From NCBI RefSeq assembly GCF_009914755.1, contig NC_060936.1: a DNA stretch of 64,000 nt. The stretch is one strand, 5' to 3'. Source of the DNA: the human T2T-CHM13v2.0 reference genome, Homo sapiens. This document shows positions 44,227 through 58,342 of the stretch, piece after piece. The notes under the pieces are model-generated. The model saw only the letters and a program-made list of their open reading frames with translations, did not search any database and was not told the origin of the DNA. Made by a program: the position numbers and the translations under genes. Each line of letters opens with the position of its first letter. The stretch's first letter is position 1.

Positions 44227-44409
44227 GGGGAATCATAAGTCAGGGTGGTGAAAGAACCTTACAAAGGAAGGAACAGAAAGCAGAAGCAAATGTGTGAGGA
44301 AACAGGGAAGAACCTAAGGAAGCCATGTTCCAGAAAGACTATAAAAGACTCAGAGCACAAGCAACAATGCTAAATGTACCCATGTATATCATTATTTAAA
44401 AAGAACCCA

Positions 44410-44715
44410 GGCCGGGTGCAGTGGCTCATGCCTGTAATCCCAGCATTTTAGGAGACCAAGGTGGGCAGATCGCTTGAGCCCAGGAGTCCAAGACCAGCCT
44501 GGGCAACATGGCGAAACCAGTCTCCACAAAAAAATACAAAAATTAGCTGGGCATGGATGGTATGTGCCTGTAGTTTCAGCTCCTAGGGAGGCTGAGGTGG
44601 GAGGATCTATTGAGCCAGTGAGGTCAAGGCTGCAGTGAACTGCGATCACACCACTGCACTCCAGTCTGAGTAACAGAGCAAGACCTTGTCTCAAAATAAA
44701 TAAATAAATAAATAA
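44410..44715 (+). mobile_element. Alu (AluJ)
   Basis: Full dimer with (AAAT)n tail. Confidence 0.92.
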
Positions 44716-44764
44716 CCCATAATCCACCGCATTTATGGCAGGAATCATCATCTTCTTTGGGCAT

Positions 44765-44905
44765 TATTTCTTTCTTTTTTTTTTTTTAGAGATGGGGTCT
44801 TACTATATTGCCCAGGCTGGTCTCAAAATCCTGGGCTCAAACAATGTGCCCACCTTGGCTTCCCAAAGTGCTAAGACTACAGGCTTGAGCCACCACTCCT
44901 GGCCT
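44765..44905 (-). mobile_element. Alu monomer (FLAM_C-like)
   Basis: Reverse left arm. Confidence 0.85.
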
Positions 44906-46268
44906 GCATTATTTCAAGTATAGATTTCTACCAACTCACCACTACCAGCTCACTGGTAACACATTTCTTGGTAAGCCTTTCTATCTCTTTTAGCCAGACT
45001 AGTAATAACTAAAACAGTAATATTAATCGACTTCAGACAATAGTGGTCATTCCTAAGGCTGGAACCAGGTAAATATAACACAACATGTAGCTTTTTTTTT
45101 TTTTGGCAGGGGCGTGGTCAATAAATGTCTATTGAGCACTTACTGTGTACAAAATTAAGAGGAAAGAATAGTCTCTTCCCCTAACCTCTCCCATCCTTAT
45201 TTGAGAGGAAAAGTGGGGAGAAAATAAGAACATGTGGCCCAAGCCTTGATTTTATCATCTAGTTCTGGGAGACAGGTGTGTAAGGAATGAGGGAAGAAAA
45301 GGAAGAAGCAATGCTATGGAAGTTCAGAAGGACCCATGAGTGAAAGCAGGAATCAGGAATTGGAAAACTTGTATTGGAGAAAGTAGTTTGTTTTGTGCTT
45401 TGAAAGGTTAGGAAATTAAGAGATGCAAAAGGATATTTTGAACCCAAAACCCTGTTTCACTAGACTATTAATGTTAACTACTAAGAAAAGACAAGTAAAT
45501 AGAAGTCTGCCAATGCTTTATCCCTTTGCTAATTCCTCTGGAAGGATTTCACTGAATGGGTAAGAAATCCTTATGCTTCCTTCAGACCACAAGACTGGGA
45601 TTCTTTATGTGATTGCTTTCACTTGAAGAGAAGACAAAAGGTCTGTTCTGGCTCTTCTTTCCACAACACGAAAATGAGATGTATTTTTCTTTAATCACTT
45701 CTATCTGACTCCAGGTACAGCCCCACATTCCTCATCCATTAATCATTTACTGAGCATATACAAGATGCCAGGCAGTTTGCTAAACAATATGCATAAAAAG
45801 ATTAAAACCTCATGATTTCTTCCACCCCAGATTTCAAAGACTAATGAGAGAGACAGGCATACAACAAAATAATGGCACACAAAAAATGAGCTAGAATGCG
45901 TGGAGACATAGTGTAGCAATTGCCTATCTATAGAGTAGGGTGAAGGAAGGGCCTGAAACCCACTTCACAGAGAGGGGAGTTCCCAATAAGGGGTGGGGTG
46001 AATGTAGAAGAGGGGTGGGGAGAAACATCTGAAACACAATAGAGCCAGGTAGGTTTAAAACAAAGTGGTGAATTTGGTGAAGCAACAGCACACATTTCAG
46101 GACTGGAGAGAGATAAAGGACCCTGAACACTTCATTAAGGAGCTTGGGCTTTATCCTGTAACTCAGTGGGCAAATATCCCTTGCTTCAGATCAACAGAGT
46201 GACTTGCTAAAAATATGAGTTTCTGGACACTACTTCAGAGAGGAGGGCCTGAACATCTACATTTTTGA

Positions 46269-46508
<240 letters not shown>

Positions 46509-47040
46509 TAAGTATACTAAAGTTTCCCAACAATAGTTATACTAAGGGGAATCTTCCAAAATTTTTCAGCTGGGAGGAAAATAAATTGACATTCTAAAAA
46601 GTATTACAGACGTACATACTACATGTGTGTGTATCACATCTAAACTTTACACTAGTTCAAAACTCTTTTCCACATATGGGTGTCTAATGTTCCTCATTAA
46701 GAGGGAAACACCACGCCCCATTATGCATCATCAGCCAGCTAATTACTCCTCTTCTGACCACAGCCAGCATGCCTGAGTGTCTTCAAGCACAGGTAGCAGG
46801 AGTCTCCCAGCAGGGAAAAGGCCATGCCTCCGACCTAGGTCACTCTGAGACCTATACTGGCCCCAGCGTGTTCCTCACCTCATTCAACATTCCAGCTTGG
46901 AAGGGATGCTACCATGTTTGGTAGATCTAACCATGGCACTGCCTTTTTAATGGCTTTCCATTGTCCACAGGAAAAAGGGCAAATGCCAAAGCAAATCATG
47001 AAGTGCTGTCTCAATCCAGTCCCTACCAAGTTTTCCAAAT

Positions 47041-47312
47041 GTTTTTTCTTTTTATTTTTTTAATTTAAGTAGAGGAAGAGTATCTATTTGTTGCCCAGGC
47101 TGGCCTCCAACACCTGGCTTTAAGCAGTCCTCCTGCCTCAGCCTCCTCAGTAGCACGCACCACCATGCCCAGCTAATTTTTCAAATATTTTTCTAGAGAC
47201 AGGGTCTCGCTATGTTGCCCAGGCTGATCTCAAACTCCTGGCTTCAAGTGATCCTCCTGTCTTGGCCTCCTAAAGTGCTGGGATTATAAGCATAAGCCAC
47301 TGTGCCTCGCCC
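47041..47312 (-). mobile_element. Alu (AluJ)
   Basis: Reverse dimer. Confidence 0.85.
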
Positions 47313-47337
47313 AAATTTATTTTTTACTAGTACTACC

Positions 47338-47789
47338 TTTCATGCCCGTCTGTGTGAAGAGACCACCAAACAGGCTTTGTGTGAGCAACATGGCTGTTTA
47401 TTTCACCTGGGTGCAGGCGGGCTGAGTCCTAAAGGAGAGTCAGTGAAGGGAGATGGGGTGGGGCTGTTTTATAGGATTTGGGTAGGTAAAGGAAAATTAC
47501 AGTCAAAGGGGGTTTGTTATCTGGCAGGCAGGAGTGGGGGTCGCAAGGTGCTCAGTGGGGGTGCTTTTTGAGCCAGGATGAGCCAGGAAAAGGACTTTCA
47601 CAAGGTAATGTCATCACTTAAGGCAAGGACCGGCCATTTACACTTCTTTTGCAGTGGAATGTCATCAGTTAAGGTGGGGCAGGGCATATTCACTTCTTTT
47701 GTGATTCTTCAGTTACTTCAGGCCATCTGGGCGTATACGTGCAAGTCACAGGGGATGCGATGGCTTGGCTTGGGCTCAGAGGCCTGACA
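47338..47789 (-). promoter_or_regulatory. 3' LTR7
   Basis: Direct repeat of the 5' LTR; about 19 differences counted by eye. Confidence 0.92.
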
Positions 47790-50700
47790 TTCCTGCCTTC
47801 TTATATTAATAAGAAAAATAAAACAAAATAGTGTTGAAGTGTTGGGGTGGCGAAAATTTTTGGGTGCTATGGAGAGAGAATGGGCGATGTTTCTCAGGGC
47901 TGCTTCAAGCAGGATTAGGGGCGGCGTGGGAACCTAGAGTGGGAGAGATTAAGCTGAAGGGAGGTCTCATGGTAAGGGGTGATATTGTGGGGATGTTAGA
48001 AGAAACATTTTTTGTATAGAATGATTGGTGATGGCCTGGATATGGTTTTGGATGAACTGAGAAACTAAATGGAATAACAGAAGGAGAAAAACAGGTATAA
48101 AAGGTCTAAGAATTGGGATGACTCAGGATATCTGATTAGAGAGTGCCTAAGGAGATTCAGCATAGTCCTGCCAGCAAAGATTATTTATTTACTTCAAGAG
48201 TTAAGAGTGGCATTTTGGGGATAGCACCAAGAGATATCAGCTGTGATGGCTTGGAAAAACAGTGTGAACTGGCAGTGTAAACAAGAGCAGAGCATGTATG
48301 AGTAGTTGAGAACGGTGAATAGGAGTATGACTAGACAGAAGATAGCAGGTATGACAAGTTTTTTGGGGAACAGTCTAAGTTGGTCTGGTGTCTGGAATGA
48401 GACTGGGGCCTAACAAAAAGGAGCATCTATACAGGACCTTAAATGGGCTGTACCCTGTAGCATTCCGAGGACAGGCCTGAATTCTGAGAAGGGAAAGTGG
48501 TAAAAGTATTGTTCAGTCCTTTTTAAGTTGGTGGCTGAGCTTGGTGAGGTGTGTTTTTAAAAGACCTTTAGTCCATTCTACTTTTCTTGAAGACAGAGGA
48601 CCATAAGGGATATAAAGGTTTCACTGAATACTAAGAGCCTGAAAAACTGCTTGGCTCATTTGACTAATAAAGGCTCGTCTGTTATCAGACTGTATTGAGG
48701 TGGGAAGACTAAACTGAGAAATTATGTCTGACAGAACGGAAGAAATGACTGCGGTGGCCTTCTCAGACCCTGTAGGAAAGGCCTCTACCTATCCAGTGAA
48801 AGTATCTACCTAGACTAAGAGGTATTTTAGTTATCTGACTCGGGGTATGTTGAGTAAAGCTAATTTGCCAGTCCTGGGTGGGGGCAAATCCTCGAGCTTG
48901 ATGTGTACGGAAGGGAGGGAGCCTGAATAATCCCTGAGGAGTAGTAGAATAGCAGATGGAACACTGAGAAGTTATTTCCTTGAGGATAGATTTCCATGAT
49001 GGAAAGGAAATAAGAGGTTCTAAGAGGTTGGCTAGTGGCTTGTACTATAGTATAACCTGCCTTTGCTGGTGTGTGGCGATTAGGCCTGGTGGAACTGCCA
49101 TCAATAAGTCAAGCGTGATCAGGGTGAGGAACAGGAAAGAAGGAAATTTGGGGAAATGGAGTGAATGTCAGGTGGATCAGAGAGATACAGTCATGGGGGT
49201 CAGGTGTGGTATCAGGAATAATGTGGGAGGCTGGATTGAAGTCTGGGCCAGGAACAACGGTAATTGTGGGAGACTCAACAGAGAGTACAGCTGAAGGAGC
49301 CGGGGAGCAGAAAGTATATGCGTCAGGTATGAGGAAGAAAATAGATTTTGGAAGTTATGAGAACTGTAGAGAGTGAGTTGAGCATAGTTTGTGATTTTGA
49401 GGGCCTCTAAAAGTATTAAAGCAGTGGCAGCCGCTGCACGCAGACATGAGGGCTAGGCTAAAACAGTAAGGTCAAGTTGTTTGGACAGAAAGGCTACAGG
49501 GTGTGGTCCTGGCTCTTATGTAAGAATTCTGACCGCGCTAACCATGCCTAGGAAGGAAAGGAGTTGTTGTTTTGTAGAAGGTGCTTGGGTTTGAGAGATC
49601 AGTTGGACACGATTGGCAGGGAGAGCACGTGTGTTTTTATGAGAATTATGCTGAGATAGGTAACAGATGAGGAAGAAATTTGGGCTTGATTGAAGTAATG
49701 GGGGCTGTCTGTGAAGCTTTGTGGCAGTACAGCCTAAGTAATTTGCTGAGCTTGATGGGTGTCAGGGTCAGTCCAAGTGAAAGTGAAGAGAGGCTGGGAT
49801 TAAGGGTGCAAAGGAATAGTAAAGAAAGCATGTTTGAGATCCAGAACAGAATAATGGGTTGTGGAGGCAGGTATTGAGGATAGGAGAGTATATGGGTTTG
49901 GCACCACGGGGTGGATAGGCAAAACAATTTGGTTGATAAGGTGCAGATCCTGAACTAACTTCTAAGGCTTGTCTGGTTTTAGGATAGGTAAGATGGCAGA
50001 ATTGTAAGGAGAGTTTATAGGCTTTAAAAGGCCATGCTCTAGCAGGCGAGTGATAACAGGCTTTAATGTTTTTAAAGCATGCTGCAGGATGAGATATTGG
50101 CATTGAGTGGGGTAAGGGTGATTAGGTTTTAATGAGATGGTAAGGGGTACATGATCAGTCACCAAGGAGGGAGTAGAGGTATCTTATACTTGTGGGTTAA
50201 GGTGGGGTGATACAAGAGGAGGATGCAAAGGAGGCTTTGGATTGGGAAGAAGGGCGGCAATGAGATATAGCTGTAGTCCAGGAATAGTCAGGGAAGCAGA
50301 TAATTTAAAGTGTCTCAGTCTAATAAGGGAACTGGGCAGGTGGGGATAACTAAAAAGGAGTGCTTAAAAGAGTATTGTCTAAGTTGGCACCAGAGTTGGG
50401 AAGTTTTAAGAGGTTTAGAAGCCTGGCCATCAATACCCACAACAGTTATGGAGGCAAGGGAAACAGGCCCTTGAAAAGAAGGTAATGTGGAGTGGGTAGC
50501 CTCCGTATTGATTAAGAAGGGGACGGGCTTACCTTCCACTGTGAGAGTTACCTAAGGCTCGGCATCCGTGATGGTCTAGGGGGCTTCCGAGGCGATCGCG
50601 CAGTGTCAGTCTTCAGCCGCTAAGCTGAGAAGGAGTCAGTCAGAGAGCCTTCGGCCAGAGTTCCAGGGGCTCTGGGAGTGGCTGCCAGGTGAGTTGAACA

Positions 50701-51914
50701 GTCCGATTTTCAGTGGGGTCCCACACAGATGGGACGCGGCTTAGGAGGAATCCCGGGCTGAGGGCATTCCTTGGCCCAGTGATCAGATTTCTGGCACATG
50801 TAGCAAGCTCCTGTGGGAGGAGGTTCTGGAGGAATGCCTGGCCACTGCGGTTCAGGCATTTGGAAGTTCTTATGTGCTGGAGATGTGGCTGGGGTTTGTC
50901 TCACAGTGGAGGCAAGGAATTGCAACTTTTTTCTATTATTTTACACCTTGAAGGCGAGGTTAATTAAATCCTGTTGTGGGGTTTGAGGGCTGGAATTTAA
51001 TTTTTGGAGTTTTATTTAATGTCAGGAGCAGATTGGGTAATAAAATGTATTTTGAGAATAAGATGGCCTTTTGACCTTTTAGGGTCTAGGGCTGTAAAGT
51101 GTCTCAGGATTGCTGCCAAACAAGTCATAAACTGGGCTGGATTTTTATATTTGATGAAAAAGAGCCTAAACGCTATCTGATTTGGGATAAAGAAAAAGGC
51201 GCATTAACCTTGACTATGCCTTTAGCTCCAGCCACCTTTTTAAGAGTAAATTGCTGGGCGGGAGGGGGAAGGCTAGTCACGGAACAAAACTGTAAGCCAG
51301 ACCAGGTGTGAGGAGGGGAGGTGATAAAAAGATAATAGGGTGGAGGAGCAGAGGCTGAGCAAGAATTGGGACCTAGCTCAGCCTGGCGAGGAGCAGCCTG
51401 GGGAGGAAGGGAGAGGTCAGATGGGTCTGTACAACAGGAAGATTAGAAAGACTCAGTGACGCTTGGGGTTGGGACTGAGGGGACAGGCGGGAGGGAAAGA
51501 AGGAAGATTTGGGATGAGTTGCACTGGGCACAGAGACTAGGAAGGAACTGATGTGTAAAAGAATGCCTGGACATCAGGCACCTCAGATCATTTGCCTATT
51601 TTATGACAAGAATGATTTAGATCTTGCAGGACGGAAAAATTCAAAGTGCCATTTTCTGGCTATTTGGAACTACTGTCAAGTTTGTATTGGGGTCAAGCGG
51701 CATTGCAGAAGAAAATAAGGCATTTAGATTTTAGGTCAGGTGTGAGTAGAAGAGGTTTTAAGTTTTTGAGAACACAGGCCAAGGGAGTAGAAGGAGGAAT
51801 GGAGGGTGGAAGGTTGCCCATAGTGAAGGAAGCAAGCCTAGAGAAAAGAGAGAGTAGAGAAATGGAGGGAAGGGGTTCGGGGGTTCTTCCCTTCCAGAAA
51901 AGTGGGAAAAGGCA

Positions 51915-52130
51915 TTGGGGTGCAGAGATAAGAGGTTGGGGCATGGAAATAAGAGATGGGGCACCGAAATAAGAGGTCAGGGCATGGAAATAAGGGATTG
52001 GGGCACAGAGATAGAAGAGGTTGGGGTGCAGAAATAAGGAATTAGGGCACAGAGATATGAGGTTGGGACACAGAAATAAGGGATTGGGGTGCAGAGATAA
52101 GAGGTTGGGGCATGGAAATAAGGGATTGGG
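51915..52130. repeat. VNTR in the HERV-H leader (about 20-21 nt units)
   Basis: About 10 alternating units gggtgcagagataagaggtt / gggcatggaaataagggatt. Confidence 0.85.
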
Positions 52131-52718
52131 TGTTCTTGCCCCATAGAAAAGTGGGATTTGCCGCTAAGGGTGAAGGAGAAGGGGTTGAGGGGTACTTGCC
52201 CCTCCCCCAGAAAAGCAGAGAAGGGGTAGAGAGAAGGAGAGAAGGGGTTGGGGTACTTGCCCCTTCCCCAGAAAAGCGGGACTTGCCAGTAAGGGTGAAG
52301 GACCAAGGCAGGGGTCCCTGCATGGTCTGACACCTTTGAAACGTGGGTGTATAATCAGAGAGACGTCCCTGCAATGATTAAACACCAAGGGAAGGCTGCC
52401 TTCCCAGTCCGTGACCAGCGCCGGAGTTTTGGGTCCATGGATAAAACATGTCTCCTTTGTCTCTACCAGAAAATGAAAGGAATTGAAATTAAGAGAAGGG
52501 AGAGATTGAAGTGTGGTGCCAAGATTGAAAGGAGAAAGAGGTTGAGGGATAGTGAGGGAGGTTGGAGAAGAGAGTAAAAAGACGCCGCTTACTGGATTTG
52601 AAATTGGTGAGATGTTTCTTGGGCTGGTCGGTCTGAGGACCTGAGGTCGTAGGTGGATCTTTCTCATGGAGCAAAGAACAGGAGGACAGGGGATTGATCT
52701 CCCAAGGGAGGTCCCCTG

Positions 52719-52736
52719 ATCCGAGTCACGGCACCA
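52719..52736 (-). other. Primer binding site (tRNA-His)
   Basis: TGGTGCCGTGACTCGGAT immediately after the 5' LTR. Confidence 0.93.
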
Positions 52737-52738
52737 AA

Positions 52739-53190
52739 TTTCATGCGCGTCCATGTGAAGAGACCACCAAAGAGGCTTTGTGTGAGCAACATGGCTGTTT
52801 ATTTCACCTGGGTGCAGGCAGGCTGAGTCGGAAAAGAGAGTCAGCGAAGGGAGATAAGGGTGGGGCTGTTTTATAGGATTTGGGTAGGTAAAGGAAAATT
52901 ACAGTCAAAGGGGGTTTGTTATCTGGCGGGCAGGAGTGGGAGTCGCAAGGTGCTCAGTGGGGGTGTTTTTGAGCCAGGATGAGCCAGGAAAAGGACTTTC
53001 ACAAGGTAATGTCATCACTTAAGGCAAGGACCGGCCATTTATATTTCTTTTGCAGTGGAATGTCATCAGTTAAGGTGGGGCAGGGCATATTCACTTCTTT
53101 TGTGATTCTTCAGTTACTTCAGGCCATCTGGGTGTATACGTGCAAGTCACAGGGGATGCGATGGCTTGGCTTCAGCTCAGAGGCCTGACA
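52739..53190 (-). promoter_or_regulatory. 5' LTR7 (LTR7up-like U3)
   Basis: tgtcaggcctctgag...aatcacaaaagaagtgaatatgccctgccccacc...cctataaaac...gaaataaac. Confidence 0.9.
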
Positions 53191-53744
53191 GTACCTGTGC
53201 TCTAGAAAGAGCAATGACATAAAACCATATATTTTTCCCTAGTATATGACACATATTTCCACCACTGTGCCTTTGCACATGCTGTGTTTTCTGCCCTGAC
53301 TCCATTCTATTCTCTGCCTGGGGAATGTTTATTCATGCTTCAAGATCCAGCTTAAAGATTGCTCCTTCTCTAAAGTCTTTCCTGATTCCGACTGAAAGAA
53401 ATAGTTTAATTACAATATATCATTCAACCACTGTCTGGCCACCATCTTCATTCTGGCAAAAAAAGAATAGCAACAGTGAAATAGCTCCTTCCTCTACCAC
53501 CTAGCCTGTCTTTTGCAGCACTGTCGTATATTTAGCATACTTCAATAGCACTAACCTGCAAAAATAACAATCACATAAGTTACCAATCAATAAGATTTCT
53601 CTCACTCCTGGTTGAGTGATTTCCAGTAGGATATACTGTTCTGGTTAGTTTGCTTTTTGTGTTAATATCAGAAGGACAGGAGCTCTTCTTAAGGAGTTTT
53701 GGATTATTTTCCCCTTTCATTCTCTTTTTTCTTTACTACTATTG

Positions 53745-54340
53745 ATAGCCACTACAAATTAACTGGCTTACAACAATGGAAATTTATTCTCTTGTAGATC
53801 TGGAGGCTCAAAATACAAAATGAAGGTATCGTTAGGGGTGCCCTCCCTCTGAAGTTACTAGGGGAGAATCCTTCCTTGCCTCTCCCAGCTCCTGGGGGCT
53901 CCATGCATTCCTTGGCTTTTGCCTACTACTCTTTCTGCCTAAGCCATCACACGGCCTTCTCCTCTTCCCTGTGTGTCTCTTATAAGGACCGTTGTCACTG
54001 GATTTAGGGCCCACTCAGATAATCTAGGATAATTTTATTTCAAGATCCTTAATTTAACTACATCTACAAAAATCCTTCCTCCAGGCTGGGCATGATAGTT
54101 TACATCTGTAATCCCAGCAATTTGGGAGGCTAAAGCAGGAGGATCACTTGAGCCCAGGAGTTCAAGGCTGCAGTGAGCTATAATCACACTATTGCATTCC
54201 AGCCTGAGTGACAGAGTGAGGCCATGTCTCAAAAAAAAAAAAAAAAAAAAAAACCCTTTTTCCAAATAAGGTCATATTTACAGGTTCTAGAGATTAGGGG
54301 ATGGGCATATCTTTTTGAGGGTCACCATTTAGCCTACTAT
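53745..54340 (-). mobile_element. MLT1B-like LTR interrupted by an Alu monomer (54083-54253, +)
   Basis: MLT1 motifs; Alu TSD aaaaatccttcctcca / aaaaaccctttttcca. Confidence 0.8.
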
Positions 54341-54354
54341 AAAGATCTGTTTAC

Positions 54355-56147
<1,793 letters not shown>

Positions 56148-56699
56148 GATCCGCTTGCTAATAAACTGCATGTTAGTAGTATTTTTGTTAAAAGGAACAA
56201 ACTCTAATAAAATGTTTCTGACATTTTGGGATAATTTAGGAAGTGCCTAAGACATAATTTCATCAAATGTTATTCTTATTGATGACAATAAGATGACAGA
56301 TGGAAAATTGGATAACTGATTATTCATTCACATTTGCTAGGACCTTGGATGTTACATACATAAACTAAATTTCTTACATAAAGCAACTGCTAAAAGAACA
56401 ACTCAGTTACTCCTAAAAATATTTGATTGCAACCGGCTAGTCTTCTAACCCTAATAGTTCATCTCTTCCTCTTCGGTGAATTTGAACAGCATAGAAACTG
56501 AGACTCTGGCTGTCCTATAATTAAACTGAGATTTACCCTGCTTTAATTACCAAAGCAGAAACCCCAGAAATGTTACTACTCATAATGTTATTTTTATTTC
56601 TAAATATAATTGCATGAAAACTCACATATTAACAAGTGTAACATTTAATAGTATACATTTAATAATTTTGTTTTCGGTTATTAACTGATTTTTTTAAAA

Positions 56700-56925
56700 T
56701 CAGGGCTTATCTCAACCTTGGCACTATTGAGATGGGCTCATAGAGCCAAGAGCTAGATTATTCTTGGTCGTGGGGGGCTCTGGTGACTATAGGATATAGC
56801 ATTCTTGGCCTCTACCAACTAGATGCCAGTAGCACCCCCTTTTCCCAAGTTGTGACTACCAAAAATATCTCCACTGGCAAATGTCTGCTATGGGACAAAA
56901 TCGCCCAGATTGAGAACCACTGGTT
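56700..56925 (+). mobile_element. MER20 DNA transposon
   Basis: ctcaaccttggcactattga...ctagatgccagtagcacc...ttgagaaccactg. Confidence 0.85.
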
Positions 56926-56986
56926 TAAATGAGAAAAACCCATACTTCAAAACTTGAAAAGTAAAAAGTAAAAATTTCTACATTGA

Positions 56987-58342
<1,356 letters not shown>

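Larger units (their letters stand above)
47338..53190 (-). mobile_element. HERV-H provirus (about 5.85 kb, common deleted form) with two LTR7
   Basis: LTRs 53190-52739 (5') and 47789-47338 (3'); tRNA-His PBS; PPT aagaaggcaggaa; gag zinc knuckle CYMCQKSDHWAKEC; protease and RT remnants; TSD ctacc/gtacc. Confidence 0.97.

Noticed and set aside
50315-50925. HERV-H gag/protease as functional proteins
   Set aside because: Fragmented; the protease active site reads NTEA instead of DTGA
51915-52130. CRISPR-like repeat array
   Set aside because: Primate DNA; tandem units have no unique spacers
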